Under the pieces are notes generated by a model. The model was not told where the DNA came from, ran no database searches, and saw nothing but the letters and a program-made list of their open reading frames with translations. A stretch of DNA of 64,000 bases from positions 1-64,000 of IMG/VR virus record IMGVR_UViG_3300033996_001430; one strand, written 5' to 3'. The translations under genes and the position numbers were made by a program. This DNA is from a virus. Each line of letters starts with the position of its first letter. Positions within the stretch are counted from its first letter, which is position 1. Below are positions 19,527 to 28,686 of the stretch, piece after piece.

Positions 19527-20249
19527 TTAAAGGACGTTTATTATTTTCCAATTACCATCAAAATCTTCCACAAGACAGGTTGAGTTTTCACAGAAATCAC
19601 CTGAATTCATATAGTCATTCTCTATCTTAGGTTGGTGAATATGCCCACACACCGCAACATCATATCCCTTCTGTTTTGTTAGACCTTTTGCGTTTTCCTC
19701 AAAATCAGATACAAAGTTAATTGCACCTTTTACTGATTGTTTTATTGTATTTGCTAATGAATGATATGGTAATTTAAACCACTTTCTTATTTTGTTGTAT
19801 ATTGTATTAAACTTAATCACAATATCATATGACCATCCACCAATTACCGCCAACCATCTTGCCTCCATTATAACGAAATCTAATACATCCCCGTGAAAAC
19901 AAAAATACTTTCTATCATCTATCCCTGTATGTATATACTTCCTTACAATCCTAATGTTGTTTAATTTAAATGGAATGAAATCTTTTAAAAAGTCATCATG
20001 GTTTCCCCTTATATAAATTACCTTTGTATTCTTCTCAGACATCTTCATGAACTTTCTGAATATCTTGGTACAATCCTTTGTCCATTTACCATTACCTTTG
20101 AGAGCCCAACCATCTATTATATCACCGTTCAATATTAGTTTTTCGGTTGTGTTATTATCCAAGAAACTTATTATCTTATCTGTCTGTGATTGTCTTGATC
20201 CTAAGTGTAAATCACTCATGATTATCGTTTTCCAATTATTCATTCCCAA
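19527..20249 (-). CDS. LpxH-like (UDP-2,3-diacylglucosamine diphosphatase family) metallophosphoesterase
   Basis: SDLHLG, GDIIDGW, GNHD, HGD, CGHIH, NSGD. Confidence 0.75.
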   Translation of the reverse strand: MGMNNWKTIIMSDLHLGSRQSQTDKIISFLDNNTTEKLILNGDIIDGWALKGNGKWTKDCTKIFRKFMKMSEKNTKVIYIRGNHDDFLKDFIPFKLNNIRIVRKYIHTGIDDRKYFCFHGDVLDFVIMEARWLAVIGGWSYDIVIKFNTIYNKIRKWFKLPYHSLANTIKQSVKGAINFVSDFEENAKGLTKQKGYDVAVCGHIHQPKIENDYMNSGDFCENSTCLVEDFDGNWKIINVL

Positions 20250-20947
20250 TATCCTTTATCATCCTCAAAATGATTTTTATTATTCCTGTTGAAGAATGAA
20301 CTAACCATAAGTTTTAACATATACCACACACCTTTCTGTTTGAACCTTCTTGGACTTGTGAATACCGTTGTATTCATGATATAAAACTTGCTTGGTTTAA
20401 CTTGTTTGGAGAATAGATAATCCTCAGCAACTCTTGCGTTTTCATCAAACCCACCGATTGTATTATATACTTCTTTCTTAACCATCATAAACCCACCAAG
20501 ACAAAATGGTGTTATTGGTTTGAATACCTTTTGTATGGTATCAAACAATCTGAATATACTATTATACTCACCCGTTGTTGATCTTACTTTACACGTAATC
20601 AAATCTGTGTTATGTAATAAGAACTCTAACATACAATTGTTTAATATGTCAAAATCCAATAAGAATATGTCGGCATCCAAAAATAGGACATAAGGTGTTT
20701 CCACATTCTTTGCTCCCTTATTTCTTGCAACAGACGGAAGTCCTCCTGAAATAATCTGTAGATTAAAATAATCTGATCTTCTATTTTCCAAAGAATAGGA
20801 TGTATAATCATCATCCGATGAATCACAAACAATAACTCTAACATCTTGTATTCCCTTTTGAAAGTTTAATAAGGACAACGTTTGTTCTATTATCTTACCC
20901 TCGTTCTTACAAGGGATTACAATGGTCAATAAATTTGATAAATCCAT
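20240..20947 (-). CDS. Glycosyltransferase family 2
   Basis: IVIPCKNE, ARNKGA, FLDAD, GGFDE..AED, SPRR. Confidence 0.85.
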   Translation of the reverse strand: MDLSNLLTIVIPCKNEGKIIEQTLSLLNFQKGIQDVRVIVCDSSDDDYTSYSLENRRSDYFNLQIISGGLPSVARNKGAKNVETPYVLFLDADIFLLDFDILNNCMLEFLLHNTDLITCKVRSTTGEYNSIFRLFDTIQKVFKPITPFCLGGFMMVKKEVYNTIGGFDENARVAEDYLFSKQVKPSKFYIMNTTVFTSPRRFKQKGVWYMLKLMVSSFFNRNNKNHFEDDKGYWE

Positions 20948-21009
20948 AATAATAAGTATAATTCATATTACACTTATTATATAACTTAACAATTTAATAA
21001 TAAATATTT

Positions 21010-21831
21010 TTATGTAATAAAATTGGTTACGTAACCTAACGCACCCCAGTGATTAACACCATCTGGAGTATCTGTTGATCCTGGAACAACACCTTTACCT
21101 CTAAAGTCTGTTGATCCTGTAATAACATTTTCATTTGGGACTCCCATAGAAACCGCATCATTTACTGAATCAAATACACTTGATGCCTTAGCGTAAGATT
21201 CTACAATAAATAACCTATCTTTGTATTTGATCTCTTCTGCAATCTGTGAAGAGTATTTACACGCAGCACTAAATAAAACAACATAAGACTCAGGGTTTTT
21301 TCTAATAGCATCTAATACTCCCTGTAAATTGTTATACCTAAAACCTATAATATTTTTATTTGGTAATTTATTTTTTAATACTTCAACTTGTTGGTCTATA
21401 TTAAGATCACCAGGTCTTGTATCTAAACCACCCATTAATATAACATCACCACTTGAGACATTGGTTTGTGAATCATCTTCTTTCTCAGGTTCGTCAACTT
21501 TTTTAATTATATCAATTGATTTAGAGTCAGTTTTACAAAAATCAGGTGTAACCCACTCAACTTTTCTATCCTCCAAATCTTTTAATTTACCTTTTGTTAT
21601 ATCCCCAACAATCCCGTCACTATCAATTTCCATTGCTTTTTGGAACTCTTGGACACAGGATTTTGTTTGTCTACCAAATTCACCATCTTTATGAATACCT
21701 AATAATTCTTGTAGTAATTCAACCTCATCACCGCTTGACCCTATTTTTAAGATAGATGTTATATCTGATACGGATTCAGTTATGATCCCCATCATTTCTT
21801 TAATTCTTTGTATGTTTTCTTTTAGGTTCAT
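21010..21831 (-). CDS. Leader + peptidoglycan-binding domain + possible alpha/beta-hydrolase-like domain
   Basis: LKIGSSGDEVELLQ..DGEFG..T...VQEFQ...DGIVG. Confidence 0.7.
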   Translation of the reverse strand: MNLKENIQRIKEMMGIITESVSDITSILKIGSSGDEVELLQELLGIHKDGEFGRQTKSCVQEFQKAMEIDSDGIVGDITKGKLKDLEDRKVEWVTPDFCKTDSKSIDIIKKVDEPEKEDDSQTNVSSGDVILMGGLDTRPGDLNIDQQVEVLKNKLPNKNIIGFRYNNLQGVLDAIRKNPESYVVLFSAACKYSSQIAEEIKYKDRLFIVESYAKASSVFDSVNDAVSMGVPNENVITGSTDFRGKGVVPGSTDTPDGVNHWGALGYVTNFIT

Positions 21832-21854
21832 ATATTATAAATATATTAAAAACA

Positions 21855-21886
21855 AAAAAGGAAATCTAAAATAGACTTCCTTTTTT
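21855..21886. terminator. Intrinsic terminator
   Basis: AAAAAAGGAA-N-TTCCTTTTTT hairpin. Confidence 0.6.
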
Positions 21887-21897
21887 GTAATAAGTGT

Positions 21898-21951
21898 GTA
21901 TAACAAATGATAAACAACATTAAAACGATTGTTTATCATCGGACGTTATGT
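21898..21951 (-). other. attC-like imperfect palindrome
   Basis: On - strand ACATAAC...ATGATAAACAA-N11-TTGTTTATCAT...GTTATAC, ~70 nt downstream of the 22023 stop. Confidence 0.4.
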
Positions 21952-22022
21952 GTAAGTGTTCTGTTCATCGTTCTAATCAACATTTCAGTTGAAAATTTTA
22001 AAAGAAAAATCCCACCCACATT

Positions 22023-22613
22023 TTATAACAATCCGTCTTTTATTATGTTTTCTTTTGGTATGTGTGGTATTTTATTTGATAAAACTAAAACTTCTTCTTC
22101 ATCCCTAAATCTATTTTCGTCTAATCCAATATAATCTATGACATTATTTATATCAAATAAAACATCATCATTATTTACATTAAATTTAAACACAATATAA
22201 TATTTATATCTTCTTTTTGATGTTTTCAATAAAACTGATTTTATTCCCTTTAATGATTTTGAACAAGCATAATATTTTTGATTTTCCAAAACATCAAACC
22301 CATTTTTTAAAACCTTTTCATACAAAGTTTTGCTTTTAGTTTGAAATACTCTATATAAAACACCTTCATATTTTAATTCTTGTGGTATATTTCCTTTAAA
22401 ATAATTTATAAAAATATCAATGTTTTCAACACTGTCCAATATAGTTCCACCATCTAAATGATAAAGTAATTTATCCTTAAAAATATTTTTGTTTTCGTTT
22501 AAGAACTCCTTAAAATTCTTAACTTTATCAATCATTTGTCTTATTTCTTTGCTCATAATTTTATCTTTAGTTTCTTCCCTTAATATTCTTTGTATGTTTT
22601 CAAATAAATTCAT
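22023..22613 (-). CDS. Double-leader ADP-ribosyltransferase-like (R-S-E clade) protein
   Basis: VLYRVF, YACSKS, DEEEVLV. Confidence 0.55.
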   Translation of the reverse strand: MNLFENIQRILREETKDKIMSKEIRQMIDKVKNFKEFLNENKNIFKDKLLYHLDGGTILDSVENIDIFINYFKGNIPQELKYEGVLYRVFQTKSKTLYEKVLKNGFDVLENQKYYACSKSLKGIKSVLLKTSKRRYKYYIVFKFNVNNDDVLFDINNVIDYIGLDENRFRDEEEVLVLSNKIPHIPKENIIKDGLL

Positions 22614-22617
22614 ATTT

Positions 22618-23262
22618 TTAAAATTCAATAGTAATTGTGTTAGGAAGTTTACTTAAACGATTAAAATGCTCCTCACAACTTTTACGATTATTGTCATTGT
22701 CGTCGTATCTGTCATCAATGGTCATAACAATAATATCCACACCTTTGAAGGTATTTCGTAATTTCTTTTGAATAAATGATTCGTACTTATCCATAGTATA
22801 TTTTATTTTAGTTACAATTGCAACCAAATAAAGTTTATTTCTACCTACGGTAACTGAAACAAAACAAGGTTTATAATTTGACCTACTTAAATATTCACCA
22901 CTCACTCCATCAATATATTCAGCAATAAATTCAATTTTTTTTAGGTCTGATGGTTTAACATCTTTATCTTCAGATTCATTTATATATTCATCACAACTTA
23001 ATTGTGCGTTTTCAAAGTAATCCAAAAACTCCTCAAAATATCTTTCTCTTATTAAATGATGCAGATCAATTGCAATATTATCATCCTCTAAATTGTTATT
23101 ATTTACAAAGTTTTCTACCACCCAATTAGTTATCTCCCTGAAGTATATATAAAACTTATCTTCATCGTAATCACAAGGTGTTACTTCATGGTAAACCTCA
23201 TCAATAAGATCATCAATTTGTTTCAGTCTTCTAAGTAAAAATGGATTAAAACGGTCTTTCAT
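22618..23262 (-). CDS. Two-module protein with N-terminal 'RR' module
   Basis: LLRRLKQID...TPCDY; internal INES junction. Confidence 0.7.
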   Translation of the reverse strand: MKDRFNPFLLRRLKQIDDLIDEVYHEVTPCDYDEDKFYIYFREITNWVVENFVNNNNLEDDNIAIDLHHLIRERYFEEFLDYFENAQLSCDEYINESEDKDVKPSDLKKIEFIAEYIDGVSGEYLSRSNYKPCFVSVTVGRNKLYLVAIVTKIKYTMDKYESFIQKKLRNTFKGVDIIVMTIDDRYDDNDNNRKSCEEHFNRLSKLPNTITIEF

Positions 23263-23304
23263 ATAGTATAAATATATTTAAAAATTGTTTTAACGAAATA
23301 GTAA

Positions 23305-23715
23305 TTGATTATCTCATATGTGATTGGTATTATTGTATTTATGAACCTTGAAAAACAATTTCATTTATTCCAAGATTTCTTAATTGAAATGAGTAATGGT
23401 GCAATATCTCACGTTAGGTCAATTAATCTTAAAAAACTTGATAAACCAATATTAAGATATGAACTTGACCGTACCACTGTTAGTAGACCTGTTAGTAGAG
23501 AGTCATTTAATTATGAAGATTTGGATATGAGGGCTCACGTTACGGAATACATATTAACAATTGATATTATTGCTAAATGTAATATAGATAAAATATGGTG
23601 CGATGATTTGGTTAATATGTTTCGTGGAACATTTAGTTCTTTAATACCAGCAAAATGTAAGATTGATATAATACCGTTAACTAATGAACCTACCCCAAGA
23701 AATTGGTTAGCTTAA
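23305..23715 (+). CDS. Hypothetical protein
   Basis: + strand ORF filling the gap; likely start MNLEKQ. Confidence 0.55.
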   Translation: MIISYVIGIIVFMNLEKQFHLFQDFLIEMSNGAISHVRSINLKKLDKPILRYELDRTTVSRPVSRESFNYEDLDMRAHVTEYILTIDIIAKCNIDKIWCDDLVNMFRGTFSSLIPAKCKIDIIPLTNEPTPRNWLA

Positions 23716-24266
23716 CCCCATTGAATATGTATGTCATCAAATTCTATTCCAAATGAATGTGCGGTACTTTGAACAAAATCATTAATCATGTCTTTTATCT
23801 CAACATCTAATTCCCACCAAAGTTCTTCAGTTATTGATTCATGATCAGTTAAATCATATTCCATACCATTTGTTATTAATGTAACACTACCGTGAGTAAT
23901 ATCAAAATCAACAAATATTTCAACTTGATTATTTTCTTCTCTTACAAAAACACTTGGAAATTTAAATGAAAAATCATATCCACCTGTATAAACACCAGCA
24001 TCTTCCATGTCATCAGTACTGAACTCCTCTCTATTGGTCAGATATCTTTCAAACTCTTTTCTCAGGTCATATACATTACCCATATATTCTCTATAATAAC
24101 CTAATATATCCTTTGCTTTACTACGAAAACCAAGTTTTTTTACCATTACTGGGTTGAATCTTGGTACCTCACCTAAAGATTTTTGTTCATCCCAAAGATC
24201 AAAGAAATATTTCTTCACAGGATTAACCTTTTCTTCCATCAATATTTTCCTGATAAGATCTCTCAT
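23712..24266 (-). CDS. Leader-bearing protein, paralog of 24491..25081
   Basis: MRDLIRKILMEEKVNPVKKYFFDLWDE. Confidence 0.75.
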   Translation of the reverse strand: MRDLIRKILMEEKVNPVKKYFFDLWDEQKSLGEVPRFNPVMVKKLGFRSKAKDILGYYREYMGNVYDLRKEFERYLTNREEFSTDDMEDAGVYTGGYDFSFKFPSVFVREENNQVEIFVDFDITHGSVTLITNGMEYDLTDHESITEELWWELDVEIKDMINDFVQSTAHSFGIEFDDIHIQWG

Positions 24267-24490
24267 ATAAAATATAAATATCACATAAAAACAAAACCTG
24301 AGACGTAGTTCCTCAGGTCAATGGTATTAATCCACATTCTTATGTTTTTTCTTACGAGTGTAACATTTCTTACTCTTTTGAACAATAGGTCTTGTCGCAG
24401 CCCATATCTCTTGAATTGTAATCTCAATAGTTTTCATCTTTCCGTATGTTTGAATATTGTTTGACATAATTAATTATACAAATATACAAA

Positions 24491-25081
24491 TTATTTTAAT
24501 ATATCCACATCAGCATCAGTAATTTCTGTACCATATTTTATTGCGAAGTCAATAATAAATGATTGAACTATTGTTTTAATCTCATCCTGTACATCAAAAT
24601 AAGTAGACATATCATCTATTTCATTATTACCCCTTGAAATGTTGTACCTTACCTGAGTATATTCATCTTGATCTTCATCATATTCGTCTAAATTTATATA
24701 ACCTTCAAGTATATCAACATCAGCCTCAATGTTTTTATCTCCAAATATATATTTATCAACACGAACATTACTTAACTTAAACGTGAATATTAAATCTTCA
24801 TCACCCCATTGTCTTCTAAAACTAAGGTCATCAGAATGAAATACCTGAGACGATAAAAAATCCAATAAATTCTCTTCACCAACACTTTCCCCACCAATGT
24901 ATTCAGTATAGTAATCACTTATCTCTATTGATCGTTTTCTAAAACCAAGTTTACCAATCAAACTATAATCAATAGTCGGATATTCACCATTAGATCTCAT
25001 TTCATCCCAATGATCAAAGAAGAACTTTTTGATTGGGTTCATCTTTTCTTCTTTTAATATTTTTCTAATTAACTCTTTCAT
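24491..25081 (-). CDS. Leader-bearing protein, paralog of 23712..24266
   Basis: MKELIRKILKEEKMNPIKKFFFDHWDE. Confidence 0.75.
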   Translation of the reverse strand: MKELIRKILKEEKMNPIKKFFFDHWDEMRSNGEYPTIDYSLIGKLGFRKRSIEISDYYTEYIGGESVGEENLLDFLSSQVFHSDDLSFRRQWGDEDLIFTFKLSNVRVDKYIFGDKNIEADVDILEGYINLDEYDEDQDEYTQVRYNISRGNNEIDDMSTYFDVQDEIKTIVQSFIIDFAIKYGTEITDADVDILK

Positions 25082-25230
25082 TATTCCATAAATATAGTTA
25101 AAAATACTCTACTATCGTATATTCTATAATATTTCCATAGGTGTTAATCCAATCAATACATTCCTGTTGTGTTGCGTTTTCCAACATGATATCCCTTGTT
25201 GATATTTCTATTACGTTATAAGTTTCCATA

Positions 25231-26130
25231 TTAACTAAATGTTAAAGTTATTGTTTGTGATGGAGCACCAACCGTAGATTGATTTGTTCCACCCCAGTTT
25301 GCATTATTAATCATAGGTCTAAGTGCGTATGTACTACTCGCAGTACAACTACCAACATTTGAGAACTCAACCGCAACACCACCAATTTTAGGGGTACCAC
25401 AACCTGTCCCAACAAACCAAACATTGGCTCCGATTGTAACATTTCCAACAGTTGCAGTTCTTAAGTTATTTGCAAGAGTTTGTACTTTTGTTGGGTCGGA
25501 AACCGTTATTGAACTTCCATTGGTACTTGACCAAACAAATTGTGTATATGTGGTACCAGTTAATTGACTTCTAAATGTATTCCAAGCAGTTTCCATAGCT
25601 GACGTTGGCGCAACTCCTTGAGTAAATGCCTGAAAGAATGTAACACCACTAGCTGGCACTGACGAAGTTGTAGGTGTTGGTGTCGGTGTACTTGTTAAGG
25701 TTTGTGTTGGTGTTTGCGTAGGTGTTTGAGTTGGTGTTTGAGTTTGTGTAGGCGTAGGTGTTGGGGTTAGAACAACAACCCATGAACTCCAAAAACCTAA
25801 CGATTCCAAATAATACTTACAATCATTCCCATTTGTAAAACTTTGTCCATAAACACCATTAACTAAATCAACAAATGATTGTTCTGTCTTAAGTTTAGAT
25901 CTATAAAATCTAACATAAGCAGGTACGTTATCAGGATTAGGTTGATTACCACTAAGGTTAGGTCTACATATAACATAACCCAAATCTTCATCAGGACCTT
26001 CCCACCATCTAACACCACCAATTCCACCTGTATAATCTAACGGATCAACACCAATAGCTAAGTCACCAACTTGGTCGGTGCCAGGTATTAATGACCCTGT
26101 ATTATATGCAAATGGTCTTGATGTTGGCAT
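25231..26130 (-). CDS. Probable virion-surface protein with Pro/Thr linker
   Basis: Two domains joined by (TP/TQ)n; beta-rich Gly/Thr C-terminus. Confidence 0.6.
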   Translation of the reverse strand: MPTSRPFAYNTGSLIPGTDQVGDLAIGVDPLDYTGGIGGVRWWEGPDEDLGYVICRPNLSGNQPNPDNVPAYVRFYRSKLKTEQSFVDLVNGVYGQSFTNGNDCKYYLESLGFWSSWVVVLTPTPTPTQTQTPTQTPTQTPTQTLTSTPTPTPTTSSVPASGVTFFQAFTQGVAPTSAMETAWNTFRSQLTGTTYTQFVWSSTNGSSITVSDPTKVQTLANNLRTATVGNVTIGANVWFVGTGCGTPKIGGVAVEFSNVGSCTASSTYALRPMINNANWGGTNQSTVGAPSQTITLTFS

Positions 26131-26933
26131 TATCTATTGTATGGTCTAAACCTCATTGGGTTTGCCTTAATTGCGGATTTAGGAAATCTTAATTTAGATC
26201 CCTGTTGTCTTGCATTTTTTAGTGTCCTTGCGTATTCCCACATTTCTCGTTTATTACTATTCTCCTGTTCTTTAATATTAAAGATAAAATGTATTCTCCA
26301 CTTATTAATTATTCTATCCGCAATAAGATAAATAAAATCATCATAATCAATCCATTCTGATATACTATTAAAAGTTAAATTTAAATCAACTTCAAACATT
26401 GGAATGGTACTTATACCTTTTCTTCTTTCTATATTTACAATACTTATTTTATCTATAGTATCAACAACATCGCAAGCTGAAGGTCTATAACCTTCCTCAT
26501 CAGATAGCCATTCAGGAAAATCGTTGGTATCCAGTTCTTCACAATTATGTTTAATTTCCTCTAACGTTTCGTCAACAATGTCTTGGAATGTTTCCGTCAT
26601 TGTTTCTTTACTTAACTTGTTATTTATAGATTCGTTTATACCACCTCTACTTTTTCTTTCGTCATAATAATAACCCTTAAGTAATGAATCGTAAGTTTTA
26701 ATCATATAGTCAATAAAATTATCCACATCATCCTGAGGTTGATCTTCAATTTCAATATTATATTTGTAATGTATATAATTTTCTAGTGTCGCCTTAACTA
26801 ATTTATATTTAAATTCTTCAAGACTTTTTGATTCAAAATAAATATAACCGATACCTTTCCTCATCATTTTTTCAAACTTATGATGGTCAATTCTTCTTTT
26901 AAAGAATGGTGATAAATTGTAATCTTCTGACAT
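26130..26933 (-). CDS. Modular hypothetical protein ('RR' module, INES junction, basic tail)
   Basis: FKRRIDHH; start at MSEDY after TATTTAT. Confidence 0.7.
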   Translation of the reverse strand: MSEDYNLSPFFKRRIDHHKFEKMMRKGIGYIYFESKSLEEFKYKLVKATLENYIHYKYNIEIEDQPQDDVDNFIDYMIKTYDSLLKGYYYDERKSRGGINESINNKLSKETMTETFQDIVDETLEEIKHNCEELDTNDFPEWLSDEEGYRPSACDVVDTIDKISIVNIERRKGISTIPMFEVDLNLTFNSISEWIDYDDFIYLIADRIINKWRIHFIFNIKEQENSNKREMWEYARTLKNARQQGSKLRFPKSAIKANPMRFRPYNR

Positions 26934-27025
26934 ATAATGATAAATACCAGTTAAATCAAAAAACATTTTGCCCATTGATAGTTCTTTTATTTTGTAAAGT
27001 CAAATGTTTTCACTATCTTTGAAGT

Positions 27026-27370
27026 ATGAAAGATATGAAAATTAAAGATATTGTGATGAAAGTTATTGACGTGTTGTACAACATCGTCGTTGGTGTATTA
27101 ACTATGTTAGGTAAGGTGATTGTATTCTTGATCACACTTGCTCAGTCAAGTAGTATTGAAAAGTCAAAGTCCGCAGTTGACTTTATCTTCTCAGATGTTA
27201 AACCTAAAGTTAAATCAACTGTAAATAACAGTTCAACAATTAATGTTGAGCCTAAAAACAAACGTCAAGAACTTGAGGATAGCCTTCGTTATTTAAAGTC
27301 CAAAGTTAAAAAAACCGTTCAAGATAAAAATAACATTGGAGTTATTGAATCCGTTCTTAAAAATATGTAA
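27026..27370 (+). CDS. Membrane-anchored hypothetical protein
   Basis: TATCTTTG promoter directly upstream; N-terminal hydrophobic helix. Confidence 0.65.
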   Translation: MKDMKIKDIVMKVIDVLYNIVVGVLTMLGKVIVFLITLAQSSSIEKSKSAVDFIFSDVKPKVKSTVNNSSTINVEPKNKRQELEDSLRYLKSKVKKTVQDKNNIGVIESVLKNM

Positions 27371-27384
27371 CGGTAATACTTTTA

Positions 27385-27624
27385 TCAAATGTGTTTAATG
27401 TTTTTTGTTATATTAGTAAACCAATTTGGACCATACTTATCTTTGTAATAATTATTGTTTTGTCCTCGTTTACTTTCTTTATCATAAAACCCACTTAAAT
27501 ATGCTCTATTAACAATATTTTCTTCAACAGATTTTAGATTATTTAATTTTTCTACAATCTGATCGTTAGTTGGGTTCTCCTCTTGAATAAATTTGATAAG
27601 TGCATCTACTGGTGTTTTTTCCAT
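27385..27624 (-). CDS. Hypothetical protein
   Basis: Start at MEKTP. Confidence 0.55.
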   Translation of the reverse strand: MEKTPVDALIKFIQEENPTNDQIVEKLNNLKSVEENIVNRAYLSGFYDKESKRGQNNNYYKDKYGPNWFTNITKNIKHI

Positions 27625-27628
27625 AATA

Positions 27629-27877
27629 TTATAAATAAGTATCTTCAACAAAAATTGGTGTTTTCTCACCCACATAAGCCCCAACAATATTATAGTAATA
27701 ATGTTCAAGAGCGTCTTCCTCAGTCATATCCTCACTCATTAGTATTTCAATTACTTTTGATTTGGAATACACTAACCTCATACTATTCTCTTCTATCCCT
27801 ATGATACCATCATCAAGACCATCAGCCTTTAATATTTCCTCATCAGGATAATTCTCAACTATCTGATCAAGTATCAT
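27629..27877 (-). CDS. Conserved phage hypothetical protein
   Basis: ADGLDDGIIG...A.E.Y.YNIVGAYVGEKTP. Confidence 0.7.
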   Translation of the reverse strand: MILDQIVENYPDEEILKADGLDDGIIGIEENSMRLVYSKSKVIEILMSEDMTEEDALEHYYYNIVGAYVGEKTPIFVEDTYL

Positions 27878-28080
27878 TTTCTTCTCCCTCTTATTTTTTG
27901 AAAGAAACTAACATATATAGTTGCAATCAAAATATATAATGTCGCACTAATCCACAATGGAGCAGTTACCCACCACCAAGACCAATCAATATAATTTGTA
28001 AGTTTTAGGACTAAGAATATTAAAAATAGAATGGTTCCTAAACCCATTCCTCCACCTGTGTTACTACTTTTATTTCCCAT
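27874..28080 (-). CDS. Small membrane protein
   Basis: LFLIFLVLKLT..IDWSWWWVTAPLWI. Confidence 0.7.
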   Translation of the reverse strand: MGNKSSNTGGGMGLGTILFLIFLVLKLTNYIDWSWWWVTAPLWISATLYILIATIYVSFFQKIRGRRK

Positions 28081-28107
28081 ATTTTAATTATATGGGTTTT
28101 GATTTAA

Positions 28108-28686
28108 TTAGTCAATATAGTCAGGATCATTTTCTGATAACCATTCAAACATTTCCAATCTACATTCTTCTAACCAATCAGTACAGGTATCAATAATACT
28201 ATCGTAGTAGTTTGAATTAAACCAATCTAATAACTCGGATATTTTATAAAACTCAAAATTAATCTCAACAGGATAATATAATTGTGGATCATTTTCATAA
28301 TTACGATTCCAATTATTATAAAAAATCAAATTTATTGGTAAAATATCACTACCATCCCAAAACATAGTTGCGTAACCGCCCATACTTTCTTTACTTTTTT
28401 TAAATGTAATTTCAAAAGTCCAAGATCCCACCATGCTATCAATATCAAGTTTAACATCAACACCCTTATTACTAAAAGTTCTTGGTAAAACTTTCTTTTT
28501 AAAAATATAATAACTTAATATATCATTACACTCTTCGTTAGTAAATGGTGTTGTTTTTTGAAACATTATATCAGCCAACTTAATAGGAAACTTATATCTT
28601 TTTAATGTTTCTATTAGACCAAACTCCTCAACAGATTGATCAACCTCATGTTTAATATTATCAATATTTGATTCACTAATAATCAT
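28108..28686 (-). CDS. Hypothetical protein
   Basis: ORF coupled to the upstream gene. Confidence 0.7.
   Translation of the reverse strand: MIISESNIDNIKHEVDQSVEEFGLIETLKRYKFPIKLADIMFQKTTPFTNEECNDILSYYIFKKKVLPRTFSNKGVDVKLDIDSMVGSWTFEITFKKSKESMGGYATMFWDGSDILPINLIFYNNWNRNYENDPQLYYPVEINFEFYKISELLDWFNSNYYDSIIDTCTDWLEECRLEMFEWLSENDPDYID

Noticed and set aside
21907-22134. + strand 75-aa ORF
   Set aside because: Overlaps the palindrome and the 3' end of the - strand gene; probably spurious.
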